From Blastocystis sp. Blastoise (taxonomy: Eukaryota > Protista > Bigyra: Opalinata), in NCBI GenBank assembly GCA_039096225.1, contig JBBPEB010000006.1:1240001-1304000 (forward strand): DNA of 64,000 bases, read 5' to 3'. The notes below the pieces were generated by a model. The model was not told the origin of the DNA, made no database searches, and saw only the letters and a program-made list of their open reading frames with translations. Numbering within the stretch: the first letter of the stretch is position 1; the number at the start of each line of letters is the position of its first letter. Below, one piece after another: positions 30,306 to 44,807 of this stretch. The position numbers and the translations under genes were made by a program.

Positions 30306-33300
30306 CAACACTTCTATATAAAGGAATAATTGAATAGATAGTAGAGATAGAAGAGTAGAGATAAGAAGGAACATCACTATATACTGATAATTGGAATGGC
30401 GTATTAATCACAGATAAACCATTCACACTATAGAAAATAGTATTATTATTATTTATATAAATATTTATATATATATACATCCATCTAAAATAAACAGATT
30501 CTGAAGTATAAGAAACAAATTGATATATTAATTTTTCATGTAATGGATCTATATAATAATAAATAATAATAAATATATAAATACCTTCTTTTGAAGTAAA
30601 GAAATAAGATTGATCTGTATTTAATAGAATTGTTCCTGTAAATAATGTTGTAGGAACTGTATTATTATATTCATCACGAAAATATATTTCAAAATCATCT
30701 ATATATATATGTTATTATTAAATAAATATAAAATAAATATATACGAATAATACCAACAATAGTAGTTTTATTTGGTGGTATAAAAATAGTATTTGAAGGA
30801 AGAAGAGAACCATGAGTTACTGTCCATGCAGATAAGAATGGAGAATAATGAATAGGAATACCATCTACTGTTATATAAATATCATATATAGCTACATAGA
30901 TAGCTTTTAAATATAAATAAAGAGAAGAAGAAGAAAGATAGGAGAAGGTATATGTAGGAAGAGATGGAACTATATATATATATAGAATAATAATAATAAA
31001 TAAATAAAATAAATACCCTTTCGATCACTAATAAAAGTGACTTTAATTCGTTGTTCGAGATCAATATCTATAGGTATTTGTCCACATCGACTATTAAGGA
31101 ATAATTGAAGTGGATATATAGATCCTGCAGTACTCGTGAAGAAGAGAGGATATTCAGAAGGAGTAATAGTAGTAGAAGTCAAAGGAATCGTTGATACTGT
31201 AGGAGATATCAATTGGATACCCTATTCAATATAATTATATTATTATTATTAATATATACATTTTCTGGTGAAATAATTTCTAAATAATATCCTGATGATA
31301 AATGAGAGACAGAATCCTATAAATATAATAATAATAATAATATATAGAATGATACAAGATTGATATTGAGAGTATGTTTATTAGAGAGATAGAGATGAAG
31401 TTGATTATATCTAGAGATCAATTGTAGAGTTAATTGTCTATTATTATAGAAGGAATAGGATACTGAAGTGATTATAGAAGGAGATTTAATGGTAGGAGGA
31501 GTATCACCAGGTAAATATACTTGAAGAACTATATATTTATTAATATTATTAATTATTATATTTATATACTATTTTCATTAAAGAAGAATATATAAGAATT
31601 AGTTTGAGAGAAACATCGAGATTGAAGTATATTATTATAAGGAATATCAGGGTTTATTACAGGAGTAGAAGAAGAGTATTGTATATAAGGATGAAGAAGA
31701 ATACAAAATGGAGATATGGATTCTATATATATATAATATATATTTAGTATATATATACCTAAATAGATATTTGATTTAAATTGAAGTATTTCATACATAT
31801 AAATATGATATCCAAATATTGATGTTTTATTAAGAGATACAGTCTAAATATATATATAAAAATAATAAATATATAAATATACTTGTTGTTGAATAAGAAT
31901 ATTTTTGAAATCTCTTGTACAATAATAAGGATTTTCTCCTTCACTGTTTAAAGTACTACTATAACTATTTCCAGAGAGATTAATACTATTATTCATATTC
32001 GGTATAGTTGTAGTATCTTCTTTATCAATAATCATAGAAACTACTTTAGAGAGAAGAGGAGCATCACAGAGAAATGTCAAATTCGTTTGAGTTATAAAAC
32101 GAGATATAGAATCTATAGAATAATATTATTTTATTTTTATTATTATTATGTATACTTGATTGAGTTCCACATGTTCTAGAAGCAAAGAATATAGATATAG
32201 AATAGGTGATTCCAGGAATAAGACCTAATTTATCTGCATAATTCGTTATATTAATATGAGAACCAACTGGAGTATTATAACTATATATAATAATAATAAT
32301 ATATAATATATAATATATATATATATACCCTCCATAATCTAAGAATAAATGTTTATTAATAAAAACCCATAATCCATTATTGGTTTCAAAATCTATAAAT
32401 TGATCTGTTCTATTCTCATATCTATATATATAATAAATAATATTATATAAATATAAAATAATAATATACAAGAAGAATAGATTTGTTTTCATAGTAAACC
32501 AGCATTTCTTACCAATATATTCTTCTATTGGACTTAATGCATATCCTCCTTTTACATCTGTTAAAGGAAAATAAGTAGGACTAGAAGATATAAAATATAT
32601 ATAAAATATATATATACTAGTTAAGAGTAAGAAGGTTTTTGGTACCCATAATACCAATAAGAGGAAAAGAGAAAGAATAAGAATTATTACTTTCTGTAAA
32701 CCATGTATTGAATGTAGAATATGTAGAATTCATAGATGTACTATAAAAAAGAAGAATAATAAAAAAATATAATATATATATACACAGGAAGATCATAATC
32801 ATTGAGTTCTGATTCCACGAATCCAGTTTCTTTAGAACTTCCCCATTTCTGAAAGTCAGTATTCCCTTGGGGATCTAAACAGCATAATCGAGAAATCACT
32901 TCATTATTATGGAAATCATCAGTAATATCCTCTACGAAACAACATCCATCTCCTGCAGCAGTATAATCATAATAGGTACTCATTGTATATATTATAGCTA
33001 TATAGAATTATATTCATTATATATATATATATATATATACGAGAAATAGCAACAAAAATTCGAATATTATTATCAGCATAATCATTCACTTTATCACATA
33101 CTGTTTCTACTCTATCTTCTTTTGAATATAAATTTGAATATATATATCTATACTTATAATATAATAGAATAAATATAATATATAATATACTTTGGATAAT
33201 TTGAAGGTTGTTTTGTAATAAAATTATCTGTATAATGAATAATACAATCACGAATACCAAATCCTTTTTCATCAACATATAATGCATATACTCTATATAA

Positions 33301-34091
33301 ATAAATAATAATAATTATAATTATATATATACTTATAAGTGACTGATTTTGTTTGTATTTCAATATATTCACCTCCAGGAAGTGATTGACAAGAATCATA
33401 AGGCCATTGATTTGTTATGAATTCATTAAATGTAGAATACTTTTGAAAAGTCATTATGAAATATTCATCATCAGACCAACCATTTATATTCAATATTAAC
33501 AACTTTAACGAGGTTCCTGGCAATAACGAAATAGGAAGGGAACCTATAGAAATATATTTAATTTATAATTAATTTTTATAGATAAATATGATGAGTATAA
33601 TCATAAATTTCATATTTATAGAAATAAAATAAATTATAAAAATCATACCAATTACGTCGTAATCTCTGAATGAATTATTCTCTATGTTCTTAAATCCTGT
33701 AGGATCCGATATATGTTCTATATAACTTCGTTTATCTGTTATAGAGTCATTATTGGTATTCGAATAAAACATTTCCCACATTTGACCTTGAAAATGATAA
33801 CAATAAGTCTAAATAAATTTATAAATGATTCTAGAATTCTATTCATATATCATTACATACAAGATAAACTTCATTACGATCTTTTCCTATCCAAACATAC
33901 TCAGAATCAAAATAATAATCACCTCCTTGTTTTATCATACAATCTTGTACAGGCAATTCTCTTGATTTACCTATTCAATTATGTGGAATATTATGGAATT
34001 AAGAGAATAGAAAAAAATTACCTAATTTCTTTTCAGAATTCACTGCTAAACATGTAGTATAGATGAATAAGAGTAGATAAAATATTCTCAT
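15293..34091 (-). CDS. Giant multi-exon type I surface protein: signal peptide, fibro-slime/PA14 domain, Ig/filamin-like repeats, many CPxxxPxxCxDGxC repeats, TM helix, >800-aa low-complexity cytoplasmic tail
   Basis: ATG at 34091 (MRIFYLLLFIYTTCLA). PA14/fibro-slime motif YFPL..WFTMKT..FETNNGLWVFINKHLFLDYGG..LGLIPGITYSISIFFASR at 32150-32580. AG...D..xN repeats at ~25300-31500; Cys repeats at 19150-25100; TM TMIICFVYLPCFIIL at ~18360. Exons splice in phase into the 811-aa terminal ORF. Roughly 60 exons. Confidence 0.85.
23761..23834 (-). other. U12-type AT-AC intron 1 (74 nt)
   Basis: 5' ATATCCTTT, branch TTTTCTTTAAT, 3' AC. Removal gives ECPTHVS-CPSPLVLCPDNTC and restores the Cys repeat. 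Confidence 0.92.
25540..25607 (-). other. U12-type AT-AC intron 2 (68 nt)
   Basis: 5' ATATCCTTT, branch TTTCTTAAT, 3' ...CTTAC. Removal gives QYHYL-SLSPLEPEYT in frame. Confidence 0.9.
26038..26103 (-). other. U12-type AT-AC intron 3 (66 nt)
   Basis: 5' ATATCCTAT, branch TTTTCTTTAAT, 3' ATAC. Removal gives THPGNL-TEYTLQLYY. Confidence 0.88.
26836..26892 (-). other. U12-type AT-AC intron 4 (57 nt)
   Basis: 5' ATATCTTTT, branch TTTTCTTAAT, 3' TCAC. It contains an in-frame TAG. Removal gives AGNQIFIHVHLFD-SFNN, the repeat's D.xN motif. Confidence 0.85.
28103..28172 (-). other. U12-type AT-AC intron 5 (70 nt)
   Basis: 5' ATATCCTTT, branch TTTTCTTTAAT, 3' ATAC. Removal gives SPGTYK-TIPHLPTARNY. 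Confidence 0.9.
29854..29937 (-). other. U12-type AT-AC intron 6 (84 nt)
   Basis: 5' ATATCCTTT, branch TTTTTCTTAAT, 3' TTTAC. Removal gives CSKTEIY-SPISFAG. The intron is in frame and stop-free but has intron-like composition. Confidence 0.82.
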
Positions 34092-35965
34092 TACACTAAA
34101 TATGAATTATAGGATGAAGTATCAGAAAAAAACAAAAGTGTTTTGAAAACAAGAAGATTCTCTTAATTATTTGTTAGAATCTCAGTGAAAAAATGGTTTG
34201 TGTTGTTTAAAATGTGTTTGGTTGAATTTTGTTTGATTTCTTTGTTGTTGTAGAGGTTGTGTGTTATTTATAGTGTTAGAAGATTTTATATTTGAATGAT
34301 TCTGTTATTTGTTGCTTATTATATGAATTTAAAAATTATTTATTTAATTTTGAAATAATTCGTTTAATATTTTAGTTAGATGAGTATTGTGATGAGTATG
34401 TGAAAGTATATGTGATAAATTAGATAGTATTGTATTAGTTAAATAAGAGAAAAGTCTTTTAAGTCAATTTTGCTTTAGAATTGTTTGTTTTATTGAATTA
34501 TTCTTGATTTATTGGGTTATTTATAACATTTTGTATATTATTTGAAATCAATTAATTTATTTCATTGATAATTATTGCTATGAAAACTGAATGATTATCA
34601 TAAATCTGAATCATATGAATAGTATAGCATCTATACATTTTATAGTTTACTAAAAAGCCATTCAATACTTTATAATTCATCTTATCACATTAAAAAATGA
34701 AGAAAACAATAGAATCGTTTTTTCCCATAATTGTACTACTCTTCTCCATAACTTGCAATATAATGTTTTTGGGTATTTCTACCAATTTTTCTTTTTTTTT
34801 TCCTTTATCGTTTCTTTCCATCATATAGCATAAGGATACTAACAAACAGCTGATATCATGAAATGGTTGACTTTAATCAAGAAAGAAACACAATTATTAG
34901 AATGTCTATATAGAATATCAATGAATAGAAACTCTCGTATTTTACCACCATTTCTCTTGTATTATACATAAATTGACTGATTGTAAAAAAGTTGCTAATT
35001 CAACTGTTTTGATAATAGTATAAAAATCGTTATAGCTATACCATCGGTATTTCCCAAGAAATCAGTAAAAGTGATCTTATTCGTCAAGAGAGAATTCTAC
35101 AGTGTCTACAGTCAAGTCTAAAAACAATGAAAACCTATTGGAGTCAATAAACAAAGAATTCTTCTAAGAATTCCTCGCTATTTACCTAGTTTTTAAATAA
35201 GATGTTCTTTATAAGCTATGTTATCAAAACGAGTCATAAAAAATAGTAACATTTGTTTTATTTTTCTATATAAAAAGATTGTTATCTTATGTCAATACGA
35301 CTTTTCCCATGAATCAGCAAACGATATTCAGAAACTCTTCATTCATTTGTATTCGTTGCTTTTTGCAAAATACTTTGGCTATCCTTTTTTATTTTTCATT
35401 TTATTCTATGAATATGGAATATAATTATATAATTTATTATTTCCTAATGAGTATTTTATGTGTATTCTTCATTAGTAGATTTTAAAATACATAATAAAGA
35501 CAATTATAGTGATTCCATTTTAATAATGTTGTCAATTTTGAGTATAAATTGTTATATAATGTTTATCAATATTAAAGATATACATAAATGAATTTTATAG
35601 TATTAAAAGAGGAAATTATAAAAATAATAGTTTGTAAAATTGTTTTAAAAACATTATATAAATATTTCTTAAGACTTTTCTTCTAAAAATTTATTTTTCT
35701 TTTATTTTTGAATGATAAACGTATTAAATCATTTATAAATGTATTATTCTATTCTATCTACTTATTAACTTGTTTACTTGATTAAAATAAATACATGAAA
35801 ACACTGATTCTCAAAGATGAGTATATTTTTCTTATTAATAAGTTAAAAATAAATGTTATTCACAATGTATTGAATATATATAATAAGAAATAATAAAGAA
35901 TAACGATGAAAAAACATCAAAATTGATTATTTATAAAAATATATTTGAAAAGTCTTTACATATCA

Positions 35966-38106
35966 ATATCTACAATTAACGCGTTTTTGTCTCGATTATG
36001 ACGCGTTTTTGGTTATTTTTATTTTTTATATATCTTCTCATAAAGAAGGTTTTCTCTTAAGATATATAGCATTTCTTTTAATAAAGCCATTATATAGGAA
36101 ATATTTACTATTTTTGATATTAATAAGACATAATGATTATCGACCAGACACATTAATTTATAAATATACTATGTCAATCGTATTTTAGTCAATATTAAAT
36201 TAATTGTTGGATAGTTAGAAGTTACTTTTAAGCTTCTTTAGCACAATAAATGTAGCAATTGTTGTCTTATGTAGCTTATTTTACATATCTAGCTTATTTA
36301 ATTTGATTATTTTGTCATAATATCTAACTGTATATATAAATAAAGTTTTTTCTATGTAAAGTTAAACATTATTACAAACACGATTAACTAGTAAATTTGC
36401 TTAGAAAAGCATTCAATATTCAGAATATATATATCATTTTACTTATTATGCTTACCTGATAATGAATTAAACAAGAATAGGTGTTTTAAAAGTGTCATCT
36501 CATGTATAGACTCTAATAAAGAAATTATAACTAAATATTTTATAAAAATGTTGTATTACAATTCTATTAGTAATTCTGTTTTTTATGGCTTAAAAACATT
36601 AGCAAACTCATAAACTACTTATATAAGACATATAAATATATTTATAACTCAGTATTATGTTTTGGTGACGGTATTTAATTTAAAAAAAGAAATATCTATG
36701 AAATGTTCTATATATAAAACATTGATTAGTATACAAGTACGAAATATGTTTAATTTTGCTTTCCCGTTTTTTATTTTTGTTTATTCTCTCACACTTTATA
36801 TAAATTATGTAAATAGTACTACGTGATATGTATTAATATAATAGTAATAAATAAAATAAATTATAAAATAAAAATTATTTCTTTAAATAACTATTATTTC
36901 AATATAATAAATAATATCATAAGAATTTTTATATTTAAAGATATGTATTTAATGAATTGTGAACATAAATGTGAATTATAAAGATAAAAACTGGCAACTA
37001 TAACAACTAAAATAAAAACAAATAAATATAATAAGTAATAAATATTTAAAATATTTTTTAACGTTCTTTTAAATAAAAGATCATTTTTATAATCAATTTC
37101 ACTTGTAATAAATATATAAGCATCTTTAGAATAATTATTAACTTGATTTTATTTAAATAATAGAAAAATAACATTAAAATTTTTTTCTTATTATGTTATA
37201 AGTATAAAAGTGTGACACTAATTTCTTTTATATATAGAAACCATATATTTACCATATAAGATAGAAAAAGTATTTGTAATTATTTTTTATTGTTTATTAT
37301 AATTCAGAAGTTCACAATTTATACATATTTATATATATATATTTCAAAAATTAATTCTGATATATACATATACTATTATATATATACCTATATAAGTTCT
37401 ATAACAATATTTTTCTTAAATAGATATTTTACATTTTTAATATCATGAAAATAAATTAGAATACTATTTCAATAAGATACAGCTATTTATTTATCTTCAA
37501 CTTCTCATTTTGACCATTTATTACATGATCAACTAGATTTTACTATTAAAAAATGGTTTATGTTATTTTTCTTTCTATAATTATTTTTATCATTTATTTT
37601 TAATGCCACTATTATATAACATATATTATTAAGCTGTTAAGATATACAGAAGAAAGCAAATCGCTTAAAATGGAAAATAATCAATGCAATCATGTATTAG
37701 AAAACATCATTAAAACTCCTTTTTTCTTTATATAACATCATTTTAGCATCAATGAATTTTTTCTATCAATTCTAATATGTAAGAAATTGTCAATCTTAAC
37801 AACATTATGAGTTATCATTCTTTTCTAATTAATCTATGTTTCAGATTTCTTATTTTTATTATTTTATTTATCTTTTTAAGCACGAAAAATGTTTTATAAA
37901 CAATAAAAATTATAACATTAAGAGTTCAACAAAAGACATCAAAGATGTTCTTCGTTATATTTAAGTACAATAAGAGTGGTGAACTCTGTAGAAAGTATGC
38001 ATAAAATATTTAACATTATATAACCATATGTTGCCTTAAAATAGTGAAAAAAAGTTATACCAAAAACGCGTCATAATCGAGACAAAAACGCGTTAATTGT
38101 AGATAT
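35966..38106. mobile_element. Non-autonomous DNA transposon-like element (2.14 kb) with perfect 48-bp terminal inverted repeats
   Basis: 35966-36013 ATATCTACAATTAACGCGTTTTTGTCTCGATTATGACGCGTTTTTGGT is the exact reverse complement of 38059-38106. No internal ORF of 60 aa or more in the ORF track. Confidence 0.8.
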
Positions 38107-39199
38107 CAGCGTCATAAAGAAATATAAACTCATAGATTTAGATTTATAAATGATTTATTATATGAATAGGATCTTTATGTATTTAATAATGTCAACTATT
38201 TCTTCAAAATACTTTATACAATAAAGAGTAGCAATGAAATGCTTGTAGAGAATTCAGTAGATGAATCAGTTTCATACTCTTTAACTGTTCTCAATCTATG
38301 TATATGAACAGATTCTTGATAAACATTAATTTATATATAATATAATAACTACATAAATAGCATGAATATCATGAAATAAAGATGAATTGTTTGTTTCAAT
38401 TGGTATACATAAGGTATATTCATGTTATAATTTATTATAATTTGATAGAATAGAGTTTTGTAACTTTATGGAATATAATATTGCTATTATTTCAAAAACA
38501 AGAAGAGAATCACTGTTAATTTCTTCTATCTTGTTGAATTTCCAGTAAAGATTAAATAATTAATATTTCATGACATCATAAATCATCATAGACTTCTTAA
38601 ACAGCTGCTCATGAAAATCAATATAGGATTTTGAAAATAATTTGTTGAAGAATTGCGAATATTTGACTTTTATTTGAAATATACTTTGTTAACATTTGAT
38701 TAAAGCAGCCAATAATACATTCTTTTATGTTTATTTAGTAATTTTGATTCTTGTATTTCTTTTTTTGATCATAAAAATAAATTCTTTGAGTATATCCATG
38801 TTCTCTAAGTGTTTTAACAAGCATATTCAACTATATTGAATTGAATAAGTTATTTTAACGATATAAAATGAATAAATAAAATTTAAAAAAAATAATATTT
38901 TTCACTTTTCAATTTTCTCGCTATAAAAAAATATATAATCGTGATTCTTTTTTGATACTTGTTCATTCACTTTGAAATGCTATATAATTACCCTTAATAT
39001 CAATGAGTAACTAAGAGTAATTCCATATATATCTTTTCTAAAAATTTGCAAGTTTTAATTTTTCTTGCTTTCATTGATTCATTGTTTTTATTCTAGAATA
39101 CAACTATTTTCAAAGTATTTTTTTGATATAATATATAGAAATGCATTTCCGGAACATAATACTTTATAATTATGTTATTTTTATAGTTGAATTCAAGTG

Positions 39200-40460
39200 A
39201 TGTCAGAAAATAAGTCAATATTAACAGAAGATAAATGCATGTGAGTATGATTACAAATGATTTATATGTTTTTAGATTTGTTTACATTTCAAGATGAGAC
39301 GCAATTATGGATTTCTGGAGAATTTATTGAAAAATATCCTCAATTACCCTTTTACGATATTATTCAACACTCTGAACAATTTAAGGATGGTAGCTATTAT
39401 ATCAATATGCTTCCATTTCATATAGAAAAAGTTATTTCTTTGTTTAATGATAAAAATAAAGACATTTCTTCTTTAAATCTACGAGACACTTATGATATAT
39501 ATAAAACACTTCATGAATATTCAGTTACACTTGATAATGAAATTCAAAGTGATTTATTCTTTCATATTAAAAAATTATTTGCAGAGTATCTGAAAGAGAA
39601 TGATTATGAGATATTTATAGGTTATGACAATAGAAACCTGTTGGATGATGATTATCCTATTGAATTATTTGATTCAGATTGGAAAAAAATAAGTATAAAA
39701 GGTATATTTATATTATTATTTACAAATAATATGTATAGGCTTATTTACACAACAACGAAGAGAAGAATTATTCTATTACTCATTACTTATTAAACTGATG
39801 AATATTATTATAGTTGAAATTGAATGTAAATAGATATTAAAATAATAAATAAATATATATAGATGAATATTCTTCAACTATTCCATTAGAATATATATGT
39901 CCATCAAGTATTCAAGATATATTCCCTTCATTAAACGAATTAACAATAAATGGTATATATATACATTTGTTTTACTATATATATAGTAACTACAAGTAGT
40001 AAACAAACTGAATTAATATTGAATCCAAATAGTGATGAATATATAATGGAATATGCTCGCCTATTCTATAGTGATGACTATGAAATAAGTAAACGTAAAA
40101 AATATGAGTATTACACCGAATCAGAAATGAATGAATATAATAAGATTTCTTCTTTAGATACTAAAAATATTTATTATTCTCGTGATTTGATTGTTTCTTG
40201 TAATAAAAAAAGAAAACAAAATCAGTTACCAAAAATATTTAAAAATAGTATTAATGAAGTTATATATACAAATGATTATTCAGAAATCAAAAATAGTTAA
40301 ATGATTTGTAATAATATGCTTAAAGATACGGTTAGAATTACATTTGATAGTATATATATATAGAATTAAAACTTTTCATTTATAATCCTTATAATATATA
40401 ATCAAGCATTTTTTAATAATCCTTATATATAGACCACAAAAACAATAAAAAATTGTGGTA

Positions 40461-40497
<37 letters not shown>

Positions 40498-42989
40498 CAT
40501 TAATTTATTCTTATATATATATACTAATTAGTATTGATAAAATATCTTCAAAATGGGGTATGTCTCAATTATTACAACTTTGTCCTTATTTATCTATTTC
40601 AGAAATATGGTTTAATACATGTAAATAAATACACTATAAACATAATATCAAACACTAGTACATTCCTATTCAAAATATGAGGCTATGATTATTATAAAAT
40701 CATTAGAAGGTGTGTTTGATTCTTTAAAAACATTAAATATTAGGTGGATTATGTGTTTCTAGTTATTATTGTCAATATTACTACTCTATATTATTGTTTA
40801 ATATAGTTAAAGAATTAGCTGATAAAATTAATAATAAATTGTTTATAAAAATAATGACAACTCATGTATTTCCAAATGTTACTGAAATTATATATGATGA
40901 TGGTATAGATATATATTATATAAAGTATATATGATATATAGAATCTTTCAGATTGTCTTCAATAAAAAAAGAATGCTTCCCTAAATTACATATTATCAAT
41001 TACAATGTTACAATAAGTAATTTCATATAATACATAACTATTATTTTTATTCTAGCTACTAGTAATTTTGAATTCCTTTTTCCTATGGATTTAATGTCAA
41101 TAATTGATACTATTAGAATAAATAGAATTGATATCAACAATAACAAGGAAATAGCTACTCTTTTAGATAACCTAGTTTATAGTCATTCAATTCATATTGA
41201 TGAAATTAATCCATTACTTTGTAGTATATATATTTGATAGTATTACACTCTCTATACAATTACATTTCTTTGTTTTTATATAGATGGATTGATTTATTGT
41301 TTTCCACATTTAAAAGAATTATTGGAGAAAAATCTTATTTCCTTTGATAAAATTTATAGTATAATATATATATATATATATATTAAAAAAATATTATTTT
41401 ATATGCTATATATTATTTTTAATCATATAAAGTTGATACTTCTGATTCTATAAATGTCAAAAAATTGGATTATTTTGAAAAGTATAAACATAATATTGAT
41501 TTCTTAGATATTACATTCAATGGTATTCATTTAATATATTGTTAATATATAGTATTAATATTCATGTATAGATAATATGGAAGATGATATAAGAAATTCT
41601 TTAGAAGGATTTTTAAAGAGTAGTGTATTAGAACATTTGAATGAATTAAATATTTCATGTATATTCTTTATTATATATTATTATGTTTTGTATAACGTCT
41701 ATAGTTGAAGAAAATATAAGTTTGGAATATTTAAAATGGATATCAAGTGCTTTTAATGATAATAAGATTAAAGTTATTAAAAAATTAACGATTAATTGTA
41801 TATTATATTATAAATATATGATAATACATAGTACGCTATATCAAGGAAGACTCATTCTCTGAATATTTCACAATATTAGAAAACATAATGAATATACTGA
41901 TTCCTATCGCTTCTATTGTTTTTATTTATGGTAATTATATATATATATGATGATTATGTTCAATAATAATTATTTAATTAATTTAAATATAATTATAAAG
42001 GAAATATGGCAGATATAAATAGATTGATTCTTAAAGGTTGTTTCCATAATATAACTGAATTCTCTTTATGTATATATATATTCTGCAAACAAAACGTTTC
42101 AATAGAAAACATGACATATCTGATCTTATTTTAATATTTGTATTATTATAGACCCTGATGATATACCTGATGAACACTTTTGTGAACTATATACTACAGA
42201 TAGTTTCCCTAAGTTGAAATTGATCAAGTTTCGTATATATTTATAGTAACAATAAGATATATATTATAAATCATGAATTTTTGTGTATTATTTCTTTATT
42301 ATATAATATTATTTTATTCAATATTATATATATTAATAGGAACATTTAGAGACAATGATTGGTGGAATGGTTTTATCCAAAAATTATGCACATATATGAA
42401 TCATAACAACTTTCCATTATCAACTAGTATTCAATTAATTGGTATGTCAATCCAAATAATACACTATTATTCATTAATGTTATTAATTCTATAGGTGGTT
42501 CTTCTTATACGTATATTTATGATCCTAATACTTCTATTCTTCGATGTAAACAGGATACTCATTCACTTATGGATACAATTAAATGTACAGAAGATATATA
42601 TATGTAACTAATATGTATTATATAATATGTAGATAAAACGATAAATGAATATGAAATAGAGACATTATTTGATTGTATAAATGAAAATAAGACGAAAAGT
42701 TTAAAAAGTTTAGAAATATGTATACATATATATAAATATTTTAAATTATACTTTTTTATAGATATTTATAATGAGGAACACTTATTAGAATTGATCAATT
42801 TTATAACTGTAAGAAGAATTCCTAAATTGAAAGAATTTATAATTCATATCGGTATATTTACAGATATATATATCTATAATGTTTTGTATAGATGAATATA
42901 TTCCAGATGAACACATTAATTCATATAAACAACAATTGATTGATTCTATGTTTATTCAAGAAAATCATGTGTATTATAAATTCGATTAA
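39200..42989 (+). CDS. Intron-rich lineage-specific protein, degenerate BTB-like N-terminus plus LRR-like (FPxLxxI) repeats
   Basis: ATG at 39200. Exons FTFQDETQLWISGEFIEKYPQLPFYDIIQH..GSYYINM, IFPSLNELTI, VFPNVTEII, CFPKLHII, SFPKLKLI, IPKLKEFII; stop TAA at 42987-42989. An in-frame TAA at 40298 is either a lesion or lies inside a 30-nt intron. Confidence 0.7.
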
Positions 42990-44807
42990 ATTAGGTAAAT
43001 TATTTTATTTTTGTTTTTTTTTGTTGCTTTATATATAATTTATTTTTTTTTAATAAGAAAAAGAATATTTATTTAAATTTCTATTAATTATATATATATA
43101 AATTTATTATTTTATTTGAAAATAATGGAATAAAAATAATCAGTATATATGTCAGCTGTTGTTTTCAGTATTTGATATTTTTAAAATAACATATTATTGT
43201 TGTTATGAATTCATTGTTTTATTGTGCTTATTAGGTATTCTTAAAGAAGAATAAATACTTGAATACATATATTTTTATTATAATAACTACAAATAATGAT
43301 TAGTAAAAATGTTTAATAACTGTTAACTACTATATATGAAGTATTAAAAAGAAAAAAGACTGTTTTGAATCTACTTTTTATGTTCTAAAAGAATTACAAA
43401 TTCAAAATATATAAAAAATTATTTGTTTTAGGGTTTCTTATGTGTTATAATATGTTTGTTTAACAGTTTATAAAAGTAGTTTCAAAGAAAGCTGTAGAAG
43501 AATAGAGTAAATGTGTTGTTTATATAAGAATCTCTTTTTATGCTTAATATATAAAATACCAAATAGTTTTTTGTATATATATAATTAAATATCATATAGA
43601 GACTTTGATATAAATAGATTAATAGTATAGTATACCATCAAATAGAATTATACATGTTTATAAATATTGAAAAAATATATTTTTATGATTCATTATAAAT
43701 GTAAAATATATTTAAAAAATACAGTTATTAAATGTATATATGAATTGTTATACTTGAAATCATTTTATATGCTATTATATCATAATTTAATTATTTATTA
43801 TATAATTGGTATTGTTTAAATAAGATAATGAATAAGAAACGTTCTGTACTGGGAGCTAGTCATATTTGGCCTATAGATGAATATGGTAAATGTATATAAG
43901 TTAAGTATCTTAGATAATAATTTGTTGTTGAATAGTATACAAAAAAGTGATAATCATTGTTTGGAAGGAAATAATATACTCATTTACATGATGATTATAA
44001 GGAGTATAAGATATATTAGGATTAATTATTTTAAAGAATAAAAATAGAAAAAAATAATGATTTTTTAATTAACTAGAAGGATATTGAAATTGAAAGAAAT
44101 AAAATAATTTGAATGGGTAGAGAATTATATTATGAATGTAATAAATATATAAAAATATTAAATCGAGGATAGAATTGGAATGATTAGCTAAAAAAACATC
44201 ATAATTATAATTTAGATCAGTGATTTATGTGAATTATGATTATTTAAATAACATAGAATATGAATTGAAGCTCAAATAGATCCTATGAAGAAGATAAAAA
44301 CCAAAATGTGAATAAAAGTAGAAATTCAAAAGTAATTAATGAAAATTATTAATATTCAGAACATTCTGATTAAAAATTAATATAAAATTGACTTGTTACC
44401 GTAGCTAATTGAACAAAGAATGATAATTATTTGTTTATTTTGATCTATTTTAATGTTATTCTTGTAGATTACATGATTTATAAATAAAAAAATCAAATAT
44501 TTTTCTTTATAAATGCAATTTTATTGAATAATAAAGAAATTTAAAAAATGAATAAAAAAATTTGTAAATAATCTATATTTATTTTAAAATAAAAGTCAAT
44601 GAATCAAAAATAATCGTGAATTGGTGAAAACCTAGTTTTTCATAAATATTTACGATTATTATTAAGTTTTAAGGCATAAAAAAAAATTTATTTTCATTCA
44701 GTTTATTAACTAGAATTCTGAATTAGAGAAACAAGTTTCTCTTTATAGGATAGAAAAAGAGTTTTTAAAAAGTTTTCACTTTTATTTTATTTCTTTTATT
44801 GTTAGGA

